A stretch of DNA of 64,000 nt from a virus. The notes beneath the pieces were generated by a model, which was not told the origin of the DNA, ran no database searches, and saw nothing but the letters and a program-made list of their open reading frames with translations. Positions 1 to 8,936 of the stretch are shown here, in pieces. Positions within the stretch are counted from its first letter, which is position 1. Every line of letters begins with the position of its first letter. The position numbers and the translations under genes were made by a program. The DNA lies in the IMG/VR virus record IMGVR_UViG_3300042374_001687, positions 32,001-96,000 of that record. One strand, 5' to 3'.

Positions 1-1
1 T

Positions 2-1189
2 CCGACGAAGGATCAAGCCCAACTGCTTGACAAGCATTTTGGATGCGTAAGGTATGTGTACAACCACTTCCTTGAAAGAAGGATCAAGTTCTACGCAGAG
101 AACGAGGAAAAGAAAGACCACAAGAAGTCCTTGAACTACTACGACGATGCCGGCGAGTTGACCAAGGTGAAGAAGGAACTGGCTTGGTTGAGGGAAACGA
201 ACGCTCAAGCCCTGCAATTCTCGCTCCGATGTCTGGAGATAGCCTACAACGGATTCTTCTCCAAGAAGACCAAGTTCCCGAAGTTCAAGAAGAGACACGG
301 CAGACAGTCGTTCACTGTCCCGCAGGCAATTTCTTTGAGTAACAGCAAAATCAAAATTCCAAAGTTCAAGGAAGGAATCAAATACGATAACCACAGAGAA
401 GTGCAAGGAAAGATTTGCCACGCAACGATAAGCAAGAACAAGGCGGGGCAATACTTCGTCTCAATCAATGTTAAAAAGGAAATCAAGCAACTTCCCAAGG
501 TAGAAAAAATAGTCGGAGTCGATTTGGGATTGAAACACCTTGCAATTCAGAGTGACGGCAAGAAACACAAAAACATCCGTCCATACAAGAGCCTCCGCTC
601 GCAACTCAAGAAGTTACAGCAAAGATTCAGCAGGACGGAGAAGAAAAGCAAACGGCACGAGAAATTGAGAGTCCGAATCGCCAAGCTGTACCAGCAAATG
701 GTCAACATCAGGACAGACCATCTCCACAAGGTCTCTACAAAGATTGTTCGTGAGAACCAAGCGATAATCCTCGAAGACCTTTCGGTGAGGAACATGATGA
801 GGAACCACAAAGTTGCAGGTGCATTCGGCGATGCGGCGGTTTCGGAGTTGACGAGGATGATTAAGTACAAGGCAGGGTGGTATGGAAGAACGGTTTGCAA
901 GATTGACCGGTTTTTTCCTTCAAGCAAGCAGTGCTACGACTGTTTATATATCAATGACTCCTTGACTCTCAAGGATCGTGATTGGACTTGTCCAAGATGC
1001 GGGGTGAGGCATGACCGTGATTTGAATGCCGCACGAAATATTCTGCGTCAAGGACTAAATAAACTAAACCGTGGGAACCACGGGGTTGGCTCGGGGAGCG
1101 GAAAGAAGACCTTAAAGGCGGATCAAGGTCTGCCGGAGGGGCATTCTGCGTTGAAGCGAGAAACCCACCCGTCTTTGGCGGATGAGTAG
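2..1189 (+). CDS. tnpB: IS200/IS605-family RNA-guided endonuclease TnpB (5'-truncated by the window edge)
   Basis: The frame is open from nt 2 (PTKDQAQLLDKHFGCVRYVYN, HTH_OrfB-like). RuvC-I GVDLGLK, RuvC-II LEDLSV, Zn finger CYDC...CPRC and RuvC-III DRDLNAARNI are present, so the D-E-D triad is intact. Confidence 0.96.
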   Translation, partial: PTKDQAQLLDKHFGCVRYVYNHFLERRIKFYAENEEKKDHKKSLNYYDDAGELTKVKKELAWLRETNAQALQFSLRCLEIAYNGFFSKKTKFPKFKKRHGRQSFTVPQAISLSNSKIKIPKFKEGIKYDNHREVQGKICHATISKNKAGQYFVSINVKKEIKQLPKVEKIVGVDLGLKHLAIQSDGKKHKNIRPYKSLRSQLKKLQQRFSRTEKKSKRHEKLRVRIAKLYQQMVNIRTDHLHKVSTKIVRENQAIILEDLSVRNMMRNHKVAGAFGDAAVSELTRMIKYKAGWYGRTVCKIDRFFPSSKQCYDCLYINDSLTLKDRDWTCPRCGVRHDRDLNAARNILRQGLNKLNRGNHGVGSGSGKKTLKADQGLPEGHSALKRETHPSLADE

Positions 1190-1210
1190 TTCATATAGGT
1201 TTTGTAGTTA
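1067..1210 (+). ncRNA. TnpB omega-RNA (reRNA) overlapping the tnpB 3' end and IS right end; guide about 1195-1210
   Basis: AACCGTGGGAACCACGGGG...TTGAAGCGAGAAACCCACCCGTCTTTGGCGGATGAGTAGTTCA matches the typical IS605 right end (subterminal hairpin then GTAGTTCA). It aligns by eye with the element at 44797-44910. Boundaries are approximate. Confidence 0.75.
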
Positions 1211-1226
1211 AACCAAAGGATGAAAG

Positions 1227-2048
1227 ATGGCATTTTTCCAGAATTTGTTTGATCAAGAGTACCAAGGATTTCTTGTTCTAGCCGACAGGAAGTTGGCGCC
1301 GACATTCAAGGTTGCTCCGAACAAGAACCTGCAATCCAACCAGGTTGCTTGGAACCCGGGACCGTACGATTTCTCGTCTTCTGGGGCTTTGGAGTTCAAC
1401 TTTGCTTGGGATCCCGAGTTCAAGAACTGGGTGTCTGTGTCCATAGATGTATCCGGGGCTGATCCGGCAAATACCAGCGCCCAAGAGGTGGTGGACAATC
1501 TGAACTCTGAGTCAATCTTTTCATCCTTGTTTATAGCCAGAGTCGTAAAGGTAGATGGGTCGGATTCTGTGGGCATCATGAAGAATCCTGCCAAGAAACA
1601 AAATGTAAGAATGTACTTTGGAAACTACGGAGCCGAGACAAAGTTGGGATTCAACAAGAAGGCTGGGGTCGCTGAACTCCCAGAGTACTTCGCAAGACAC
1701 ACCATACAAAATAGATCCAAGTACGAGGACTCGGTTGGAATGCTGATCATGCTTGACGAGTCGGATCCGGCCGATCAAGCCATCATAGAGAACGCGGGTT
1801 TTGTCCCTGCAGATATGAAGGAAGATTGGGAACTACTCAAAGGAAGGGGAGCGGGACTTTTCACTTTTCAGAAGTTAACGGTAGATCCTTCTGATAGGAT
1901 CACTCAGATAATAGAATACCCGGCCGGAAGCGTTGCTGGTGATTTTGCAAGGAAGATAAGCTACACATACACTTCGGCCAATAAGAATCCAAGCTCCATT
2001 ACCGAAGTTCCCTATGTCTTGCAAGAAGGCGATCTGATTACGCCGTAG
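1227..2048 (+). CDS. hypothetical protein, probably virion structural
   Basis: 273-aa ORF with a purine-rich RBS. Beta-rich composition, no recognised motif. Confidence 0.6.
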   Translation: MAFFQNLFDQEYQGFLVLADRKLAPTFKVAPNKNLQSNQVAWNPGPYDFSSSGALEFNFAWDPEFKNWVSVSIDVSGADPANTSAQEVVDNLNSESIFSSLFIARVVKVDGSDSVGIMKNPAKKQNVRMYFGNYGAETKLGFNKKAGVAELPEYFARHTIQNRSKYEDSVGMLIMLDESDPADQAIIENAGFVPADMKEDWELLKGRGAGLFTFQKLTVDPSDRITQIIEYPAGSVAGDFARKISYTYTSANKNPSSITEVPYVLQEGDLITP

Positions 2049-2081
2049 ATCCAAACAAACTTAACCGCAAGGAAACTGTTG

Positions 2082-2321
2082 TTATTTCTGATCCTTCTTC
2101 CTGGACTTCTTGGGTTTGTCTGAAGAACTGGATTCCGGGGCTTCTTTTTTGACGGCCTTTGAGCCCTCAACGAGCGCCTTGAGCCTTGACCGCTCCTTGG
2201 CGGCACCGATATCCTTTCCGAAGATGGAATCTAGATGTGCAATCTGATCCTTGTGGCTTCTCTTGGCCCTGAGTTGAGCTCTTTCTTCGGCTTCTTTCTG
2301 CTTTTCCAGTTTGCTTTTCAT
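2082..2321 (-). CDS. small basic helical hypothetical protein
   Basis: MKSKLEKQKEAEERAQLRAKRSHKDQIAHLD..., K/R/E-rich. ATG at 2321 preferred over the longer track start. Confidence 0.6.
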   Translation of the reverse strand: MKSKLEKQKEAEERAQLRAKRSHKDQIAHLDSIFGKDIGAAKERSRLKALVEGSKAVKKEAPESSSSDKPKKSRKKDQK

Positions 2322-2353
2322 GGAATAATATAGTCCCGGAAAATAAAAAAGAT

Positions 2354-2641
2354 TCAGTCTTTGGTTCGAACAGGCACTTCTGAATTGATTGGGCATATCA
2401 ACAATTGTGATCCTTTAATTTCAATGCGGTACCCGCCCGACTTCAGCGCGTCTTCGCCAAAAAGTTCCTTTTCTGCCGCAGTCCAGAACTCCTTGTCGCG
2501 TCCCCAAGGACATCCCGAATCCTCCCACTTCTTGTAGGCCAACTCTCGTATTTGTTGCCTAAGGGTCTCAAATGTTACGCCGTGGTCTTCTTTGGTCACT
2601 TTCGGCCTCTTAAATATTTTTTTAAGCACGGATGCGATCAT
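2354..2641 (-). CDS. DUF2934 domain protein
   Basis: QQIRELAYKKWEDSGCPWGRDKEFWTAAEKEL matches the DUF2934 pattern (I..RAY..WE..G.P.G.....W..AE.EL). Confidence 0.8.
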   Translation of the reverse strand: MIASVLKKIFKRPKVTKEDHGVTFETLRQQIRELAYKKWEDSGCPWGRDKEFWTAAEKELFGEDALKSGGYRIEIKGSQLLICPINSEVPVRTKD

Positions 2642-2705
2642 CCCAACATTGTATTCCGGATCCGCAATTTTGTCAAGAAAAAAGGAAAGGTTACTATTTT
2701 ATCAC

Positions 2706-3584
2706 ATGCAATATTTCGTGAGCGCAGAAAATTCAAGTTATTTTTACTGGCAGCTGGAACTGCTTATTGAAAGTTTCTTGATGCATGGGATTGAAAACAG
2801 TTTGGTCATAGGGCTGGCCGAGAACAACGACCAAAAAGTAAAGGATTATTCCTCCAATCTGGTTCGTTACGGCAAGAAGTTCATACACTCGAACGAGGGT
2901 CGAGAATTGGACTATCTGCCTATGAACAGGGTCTCGGCGCTAAGGTACGCCTTGGCATATGATATACTTAAGCCGCCGTTTGTGCTGATCCATTCCGACA
3001 TGATACTTAGAAATCCCATAATACTGGGACAGGACGACAAGGATTATGGCATCATAGTCAACAACTACGAAGACATATCGACCGCAGAAGAGAAGATGGT
3101 GAAGGAGCAGATTGAACCCAACCTCCAGAAGTTGGCCGAGGAGCGCGAGGTTTCGGTGGATGATCTTCCCAAGTTGCCCTTCGTTTCGGCTCCGATCATA
3201 TTCAACGAGCCTTCGGAATATGTATTAAACACATTCTTTTCCAAACTACAAGTGAACCTCATGCAGATTTTGAAGTCAAGGGACAAGAACTTTCCGTGCG
3301 AGCAAGCGGCCTGGGAGCTTACACTTACCGAGTCTTTCCAGCACTGCGGTATAAAGGGCAAGTTCTTGGCAGCTTCACTCCTCCACGGGGATGACAATCT
3401 AAACTTCATACACTACAAGAACGGGATACCCCCGGTCTTCAATAAGAAGTTCTACCAATTCGAGCAAGGAACCTTCTACAGCAGCCTAGGGCCGTACGAG
3501 ACGCTGATGGAACACAACCCTACCGTGAACACGAACTATTTGCAGCAGGTTATAAGATCATACAAGAGAAGGTATAACAAGTAA
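2706..3584 (+). CDS. GT-A glycosyltransferase resembling the HPAT/SRGT1 (hydroxyproline/serine O-glycosyltransferase) family
   Basis: SAENSSYFYWQLELLIESF, YLPMNR, LIHSDMILRNP and FIHY parallel the HPAT/SRGT1 motifs YxxWQ...SF, Y.xxNK/R, xDxDM.L and IHY. The DxD is altered to HSD. ATG at 2706. Confidence 0.55.
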   Translation: MQYFVSAENSSYFYWQLELLIESFLMHGIENSLVIGLAENNDQKVKDYSSNLVRYGKKFIHSNEGRELDYLPMNRVSALRYALAYDILKPPFVLIHSDMILRNPIILGQDDKDYGIIVNNYEDISTAEEKMVKEQIEPNLQKLAEEREVSVDDLPKLPFVSAPIIFNEPSEYVLNTFFSKLQVNLMQILKSRDKNFPCEQAAWELTLTESFQHCGIKGKFLAASLLHGDDNLNFIHYKNGIPPVFNKKFYQFEQGTFYSSLGPYETLMEHNPTVNTNYLQQVIRSYKRRYNK

Positions 3585-5081
3585 TCAAGAGCCGTGGGTA
3601 TCAAACATCTGCTGCAATTTGCCTTTGTTAATGTCTTTTATTACGGTGCCTCTGAAGTGCGGCGGCACATTATCCAGCCCCTTTTCCTTGATTTCGGGGT
3701 GTACTTCTTTGGTGGGATTTCCCTTTTCGTCCCTTGAATACCAACTAACCAATTTAGTTGGATCCGGCGAGAAGTCGGCGAACTTCTTAACGCTTTTAGC
3801 CCAGTCGGGTCGCGGGGTTTTCACCGTGTGCTTGTCAACGACATCAAAAAGTTCAACCCATTTTCTTATCTGATCCTTAGTTATGCCGAGTATTTTTCTC
3901 TTGTTAATAAGATCATCTAGTTGATCTTTGTCAAATTCCTTCAGTCTCAAAAGATAAACGACTGTGTCCCTTTCTTGATTAGACCATCCAGTTGGGGCCT
4001 CTTTTTCCCCAACCTTCCTGCTTCTTCCTAAAACTTGCCCAACCATTTCGGTTGGGTTTTCCTTAAGTATCCAAGCCAAGGCGAGGAACTTGTCTTTTTT
4101 GTCGCGCAACTGCAGTGGGACATCAACGCTCAAATGTACGCCCGGTAGGACTTTCTTCAATAGGCCGAGCCTAGAATACAAGGAGATGTATTTCCTTGGA
4201 TCTATATCAACATCCTCCAGACCCTTCAAGAACTCTTCACGAACCCTCTCTAGGGCTACGCCGTCAAGATCCGAGAATTTTGATATAGCATCCTTGATAG
4301 AGACATCCATCGGCTGCTTTCCGTATTTGGACTGCATCCTTATGGCTCTCATCACTCTGAGTTTGTCCTCGTCAAACCTGGCTTCGGCTTTTCCTACAGC
4401 TCTTATCGTGCCGGAGTGTATGTCGTGATATCCTGATTTGGTCGGGTCATAGAGTTTGTTGTTTTCCCCATCGGCCTTGTTCAATTCTATGTACATCGCA
4501 TTTATTGTGAAGTCCCTTCTTTCGGCATCTTCGTGGGGATTGTCCACAAAATCAACCTCGGACTGGCCGTTGACTGTCTTTGCGTCCTTCCTGAAGGTCG
4601 CTATATCAAATTCCTCTCCGTTCACAACGGCACCGACGACAAAGGGCTTGTCTGCGGAATCTCTGCCCTTCAAGTAGTACTTCTTATTGTCTTGATCGTC
4701 CGCCACCTTCGGCTTGAAAGGCAGATCCCAGCTGGGGTCCTCTCTGGTTATAGAAAAACCCGCGTTATGCAGAATGAGTGCTATCTGTTCCGGAGTGGCG
4801 TTTGTGGCAAGGTCCAAGTCTTTGGATTTTTTTCCGAGGAGAAAGTCCCTTACCGGGCCGCCGACGAGAAAAAGAGACTTCTTCGGCATCGTCACCTTGG
4901 AAGAAAGGTCGTTTGTCAACGATATGGATCCGCTGTCAAGGAAGGCTTGTATGACGGGTCGCAAATTGGAAGGCGGAACAAACCCCTTCTCTAGCTTCAA
5001 GTATTCCTTGCGCCAGTCTTTCTTTTCAATCTCCTCGGAGATTATGTTTTTTTCGGATACGAATTCCTTGAATGATTTCAT
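3585..5081 (-). CDS. cca: class II tRNA nucleotidyltransferase (CCA-adding enzyme / poly(A) polymerase family)
   Basis: VGGPVRD..LG...KDLDLAT, FDIATFR, EDAERRDFTINA, RFDEDKLRVMRAIR and ERVREE are present, with no HD domain. ATG at 5081 follows GAGGA and gives the N-terminus MKSFKEFVSE. Confidence 0.92.
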   Translation of the reverse strand: MKSFKEFVSEKNIISEEIEKKDWRKEYLKLEKGFVPPSNLRPVIQAFLDSGSISLTNDLSSKVTMPKKSLFLVGGPVRDFLLGKKSKDLDLATNATPEQIALILHNAGFSITREDPSWDLPFKPKVADDQDNKKYYLKGRDSADKPFVVGAVVNGEEFDIATFRKDAKTVNGQSEVDFVDNPHEDAERRDFTINAMYIELNKADGENNKLYDPTKSGYHDIHSGTIRAVGKAEARFDEDKLRVMRAIRMQSKYGKQPMDVSIKDAISKFSDLDGVALERVREEFLKGLEDVDIDPRKYISLYSRLGLLKKVLPGVHLSVDVPLQLRDKKDKFLALAWILKENPTEMVGQVLGRSRKVGEKEAPTGWSNQERDTVVYLLRLKEFDKDQLDDLINKRKILGITKDQIRKWVELFDVVDKHTVKTPRPDWAKSVKKFADFSPDPTKLVSWYSRDEKGNPTKEVHPEIKEKGLDNVPPHFRGTVIKDINKGKLQQMFDTHGS

Positions 5082-5089
5082 ATGATTCC

Positions 5090-5773
5090 TCAATCGTTTT
5101 CAAAATTTTGTCGCTTGATTCCGTCGGGCACATTGTCGCGGCGCTTGAAAGAAAACACGCATGTCAAGATGTTGTTGCTGTCGGCGTGCTCCAGTTCTGT
5201 CTGCGGGTTGTCAAAGTCATATTTTGAAAGTTCCTCGCTTCCTACTTCGTCGCTCCAAACATTCAAGGTCATAATATGTATAAGGGTCTTGGTGAAGGCC
5301 ATCGCGAAGCCAAATTCACTATTGTTTCCAGGGGCGGGAGCTATGAATTTTCCGGAACTCTCAGGCTCGCCCACCTTCCTGACCCTATTGTCGTTTTCAG
5401 GATCTTGGATGATGCTGCTTACCGTCTTCCAAGACGTGGATGTCATACTGTATTTCGGATTGCCATAATCGTCTCTTTCCAAGGCGGGAAGTTGTAGCGG
5501 CAGCGAAATTCCATTGGGTATCTTTCTTGAGACGGCCGTCGGTATTTCCTCAACCTGCGGCGATGGCCTTATATTAACGCCCATTCTGTCTTGGGCCCTT
5601 CTGACTCCCAATCCGATTCCGCCGCCAAGACCCGTGAGGGCAGCACTGATCGGCGCCTGTGTTCTCGAGCTGCCGAACGGGATGCCGTACATATTTCCCT
5701 TGTCCGTCACGGCGTCCGAAGGAAGCCTATTTCTTGTCGCTATTTCCGAAACCAGCCATTCTTTGAAGTTCAT
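5090..5773 (-). CDS. hypothetical protein with capsid-targeting-like leader (MNFKEWLVSE)
   Basis: ATG at 5773 overlaps the upstream stop (ATGA) and its stop lies just before cca, so it is operonic. Confidence 0.65.
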   Translation of the reverse strand: MNFKEWLVSEIATRNRLPSDAVTDKGNMYGIPFGSSRTQAPISAALTGLGGGIGLGVRRAQDRMGVNIRPSPQVEEIPTAVSRKIPNGISLPLQLPALERDDYGNPKYSMTSTSWKTVSSIIQDPENDNRVRKVGEPESSGKFIAPAPGNNSEFGFAMAFTKTLIHIMTLNVWSDEVGSEELSKYDFDNPQTELEHADSNNILTCVFSFKRRDNVPDGIKRQNFEND

Positions 5774-6111
5774 AACGGAGCCTGTAGTCCTAATTTTGTC
5801 AACAACCATGCGGCCATGGAAACCCAAACTAATTGTACAACGAAGTTGAGAACCATGTTCCAGTTGGCCCTCCTCTTGTCGTGATCCGACTCGAAGGATC
5901 TGACCTTACTATCTATTTCATATAGCTGCTTTTTTATGCCTTCTATATCATTAGATTCTAGGGACTTGACCCTTACCTCCAGGTCATGCCTTGTTCGCAT
6001 CAGATTGTCAACTTCTTTCTCAAGTTCAAGGTTTCTTTTCGTTACGGTTTTAACCCTGTCCGAAATTTTATCTATGGATTCCCAAAAAGATGGATCACCC
6101 TCTTTGTCCAT
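5770..6111 (-). CDS. coiled-coil protein with C-terminal transmembrane helix
   Basis: Heptad-rich body followed by WNMVLNFVVQLVWVSMAAWLLTKLGL. Confidence 0.65.
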   Translation of the reverse strand: MDKEGDPSFWESIDKISDRVKTVTKRNLELEKEVDNLMRTRHDLEVRVKSLESNDIEGIKKQLYEIDSKVRSFESDHDKRRANWNMVLNFVVQLVWVSMAAWLLTKLGLQAPL

Positions 6112-6145
6112 GAGTACCTTTGGCAATTAATTGTAAGAAGTCATT

Positions 6146-6153
6146 CTATATAG
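6146..6153. promoter_or_regulatory. palindromic CTATATAG, putative bidirectional late-promoter element
   Basis: Lies in the 47-bp gap between divergent ATGs at 6111 and 6159. The same core recurs before many genes. Confidence 0.5.
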
Positions 6154-6158
6154 TTGAT

Positions 6159-6599
6159 ATGGACAAAGAACTGGAAGTGGTGGAGGCGGAGGTAGAGAAT
6201 GGGGTGATGAATCCCAAATCCCAGGAATTGTCAATTATTAGCGACGAGTCCCTTTTGGGGGTGTACGGCGAGATAATGAACAATCTGCGCGACGATAGGA
6301 ACCAAGTTTCTGGTCTAGTTGATACTTTTTCAAACATGGTTCTTAACGATGGAGATTCATCGACCGCAAGCAAGGAGGCCCTTGTCAACCTTCTTAAGAC
6401 AAAGATTGAGACAAGCGACAAGATGGCAAAGATAGCCGATCTCATGACGAGAATCAAACTCAAGCAACCCGACACTTTCCAGCCTTGGATGGGAAAAGGA
6501 AAGGAAAAGGGCGGCAACACAATCAACATATACGACTCGAGCGGCATAAACAGAAAGTCGCTTATGGAGAAGATACAGAGGGAGAAGAAGGAACCATGA
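6159..6599 (+). CDS. helical protein, possible terminase small subunit (T4 gp16-like)
   Basis: Two long helices separated by DSSTASKEA, then GGNTINIY and a C-terminal helix. The architecture resembles gp16 but sequence identity is weak. Confidence 0.4.
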   Translation: MDKELEVVEAEVENGVMNPKSQELSIISDESLLGVYGEIMNNLRDDRNQVSGLVDTFSNMVLNDGDSSTASKEALVNLLKTKIETSDKMAKIADLMTRIKLKQPDTFQPWMGKGKEKGGNTINIYDSSGINRKSLMEKIQREKKEP

Positions 6600-7858
6600 A
6601 TCACAATCTTGAATTTTGGCTAGAAGCGGAGATGGATGCGGCGTCGGCTCAGACGAGCCAACAGCCAACAGAACAAGAGCCCTCCGAGGAAATGCAAGCA
6701 CAGGATCAAAATCTTGGGATAGAGCCGGAATCACAGCAGCAGAATGATGACGTGACGGAGGATCCAGAAGTTCCGGACATGCCCGAAGAGTCCGACTCAG
6801 AGTTGGATTTTGAAGTTTGGAAATCAAACTACTTCAAGGAAAGCATAAAGGGGGATGCGGCGAAGCTCATGGACATGCTTTCTCCAATGAGAGATCGGGA
6901 TGAAATGGAGCCCTACCAGAGAAAGTTCATCGAGGACAACTGGAACATACAGTTATTGAGAATGAACTCAAACATCGCGAGCGCATCCAAGAACATAAGG
7001 AAGAGCATTAAGGATCAGCTTGACAAGAACAATCCAGCAACGAGCGTTGTCAACCACATATTTCAAGGCCTGGAGCCGGTTCCCGGACTGAATGAGGCTC
7101 TCATAAGGATGATGGGATACAGCGGAAACAAGGGCGAGATACACAGAAAGTTCTTGGCCGCCCTTACAGGTTCGGTGCAAGTCAGCAGCAGTCCCGATAA
7201 AGAAAATATCATCTTCAACGAGAAGGAGTACTCAATAAAGATGTCTACCAGGCTCAACTCGGAATGGGGCGAGGTTGCTCTTGGCAGTTGGTGCTTGAGG
7301 GAGGATGATCCTGAGAGATATTTGTCGGAGCCAGAACTCAAGAGACTTTCAGACGGAAGTCCCGAAGAAAGAGATGTGCTAAGAAGAAGAATCGTGGTTG
7401 AATCAATTGCCAAGCAATTTGACGAGCAAGCATTCATTATAAATGTCGTGGATGAGGGCGGAACGATTTACTACTTGGGCTGGGACATGTCTAACGCTCT
7501 CAGGGGAGCCTACGCCGAAGGAAAGATTCTAGTTAAGACCGTGCGGTCTGAGAACTCAGAAGCCATGATCACGGACGACGGCCAAATAGTCCCGATGATA
7601 GACCTCAAGATTTACTTCGTCAAAGAAACAGATGGTCAAGATGAGTACGGCAACCCCAGGATGGACGAGATAGAGTTCATGGAAAAAAGAAACGGCATGC
7701 TCTTCTTAACGGCCGGCTTATCAACAATCAGGGAAGCGGCAGAATCTATGCAAGGCACGGAGTTCAAGGAGTTCGCATATCCTGGCAATCCGAGCGACTT
7801 GAAAGTTCTGAAGAGATGTGTTTACAGCGTACACGACCTACTGATGAGGCAATGCTAA
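6596..7858 (+). CDS. hypothetical protein with acidic disordered N-terminus (possible head/internal protein)
   Basis: ATGA overlap with the upstream gene. E/Q/D-rich N-terminus followed by a globular domain. Confidence 0.7.
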   Translation: MNHNLEFWLEAEMDAASAQTSQQPTEQEPSEEMQAQDQNLGIEPESQQQNDDVTEDPEVPDMPEESDSELDFEVWKSNYFKESIKGDAAKLMDMLSPMRDRDEMEPYQRKFIEDNWNIQLLRMNSNIASASKNIRKSIKDQLDKNNPATSVVNHIFQGLEPVPGLNEALIRMMGYSGNKGEIHRKFLAALTGSVQVSSSPDKENIIFNEKEYSIKMSTRLNSEWGEVALGSWCLREDDPERYLSEPELKRLSDGSPEERDVLRRRIVVESIAKQFDEQAFIINVVDEGGTIYYLGWDMSNALRGAYAEGKILVKTVRSENSEAMITDDGQIVPMIDLKIYFVKETDGQDEYGNPRMDEIEFMEKRNGMLFLTAGLSTIREAAESMQGTEFKEFAYPGNPSDLKVLKRCVYSVHDLLMRQC

Positions 7859-7859
7859 A

Positions 7860-8321
7860 ATGAGATTTTCAAGTTTTATAGACAAGAAAAACGCGAGAGC
7901 CAGAGAAGAGCTGGAGATCATACGAGATATACTGGGTGAGGGTGGGCTCAAGGTGGATGACTTCTTAAAGAGCGACAATCCTTATCTGTTTCTCAGCACC
8001 CCTCAGGAAGGACTCAACTTTGAGGGCGTCCGCATATACAAGGTGGGATCTAACCTTGCTTATAGAATACAAAACGAAAGCGACACAGAGCCGTACGGCA
8101 AGGCCTACTCATTGAACTTGGAGGAGGTTTTCTCGGATCTCATATCCGACATGACCGGCGAGGAGGCCGCCGAGAAGATAAAAGAGGCGGTAGTGGACGA
8201 GTTCAAGAACTTCTTTAAGAAAAGCTCCGAGGCTCAAGAAGAACTCAATTCCACCCCGAATGATCCACAGAACAAGATAATAGTCAACGGAAGTGCCGGA
8301 GACTTATCCAACAGCATGTGA
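7860..8321 (+). CDS. hypothetical protein
   Basis: 153-aa ORF starting 1 nt after the upstream stop. Confidence 0.7.
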   Translation: MRFSSFIDKKNARAREELEIIRDILGEGGLKVDDFLKSDNPYLFLSTPQEGLNFEGVRIYKVGSNLAYRIQNESDTEPYGKAYSLNLEEVFSDLISDMTGEEAAEKIKEAVVDEFKNFFKKSSEAQEELNSTPNDPQNKIIVNGSAGDLSNSM

Positions 8322-8390
8322 TCTGACCAAAATTTCCGCCAAAAAGCCTATATACGTAGCCCACCCCACCGGCTTACCCATAGGCTATAA

Positions 8391-8936
8391 ATGGCTTTTC
8401 AACCCCGAAATAGATCGAGTCTACTAGAGCAGTTCTTTGCTCCGGTTCGTCAAGATGTTGTAACCAACCCGAACCGAAGAATGAAAGGCAACTTTATTGC
8501 CGTGAGGGGAAGCCTTGTGAGCTTCAACTACACTTTCTGGCGTCATGATCCTTACCCACTCATCATAGTTGTGGAGAACAATCCCGCTTCTGACAAGATC
8601 TCAGGAATAAACTTGCACAGGCTTACCTTTCCTTCAATAAGGGATCTAATAGCCAGAACCGGCAAGATGGGGTTTTCCTACAAGTCGGTATCGGATGATG
8701 AGAACTTCAAGGCGGCATACAGATCCTACAAAAGGGCGGGTATAAGGCAAATGAAGGTTCTGGATAGCAAGTTCTTGCTGAGTGTGATGTCGGCCGTGCG
8801 GTCATATGACCCGGCCGAGGTTCAAATCATAAGACGACAAGTTCAAGAGCAGATAAGGCAGCAGATAAACCCAAAAGCAAGCCAAATGACTAATTTAAAC
8901 CAGCCCCAGCAAGGACAGATTAACACCGGAGAGTGA
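8391..8936 (+). CDS. DNA end protector protein (T4 gp2-like)
   Basis: FNY...DPYPLIIV......GINLHRL...YRSY matches the gp2 family pattern (D..PL.....G.NLHYL...Y). Confidence 0.65.
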   Translation: MAFQPRNRSSLLEQFFAPVRQDVVTNPNRRMKGNFIAVRGSLVSFNYTFWRHDPYPLIIVVENNPASDKISGINLHRLTFPSIRDLIARTGKMGFSYKSVSDDENFKAAYRSYKRAGIRQMKVLDSKFLLSVMSAVRSYDPAEVQIIRRQVQEQIRQQINPKASQMTNLNQPQQGQINTGE

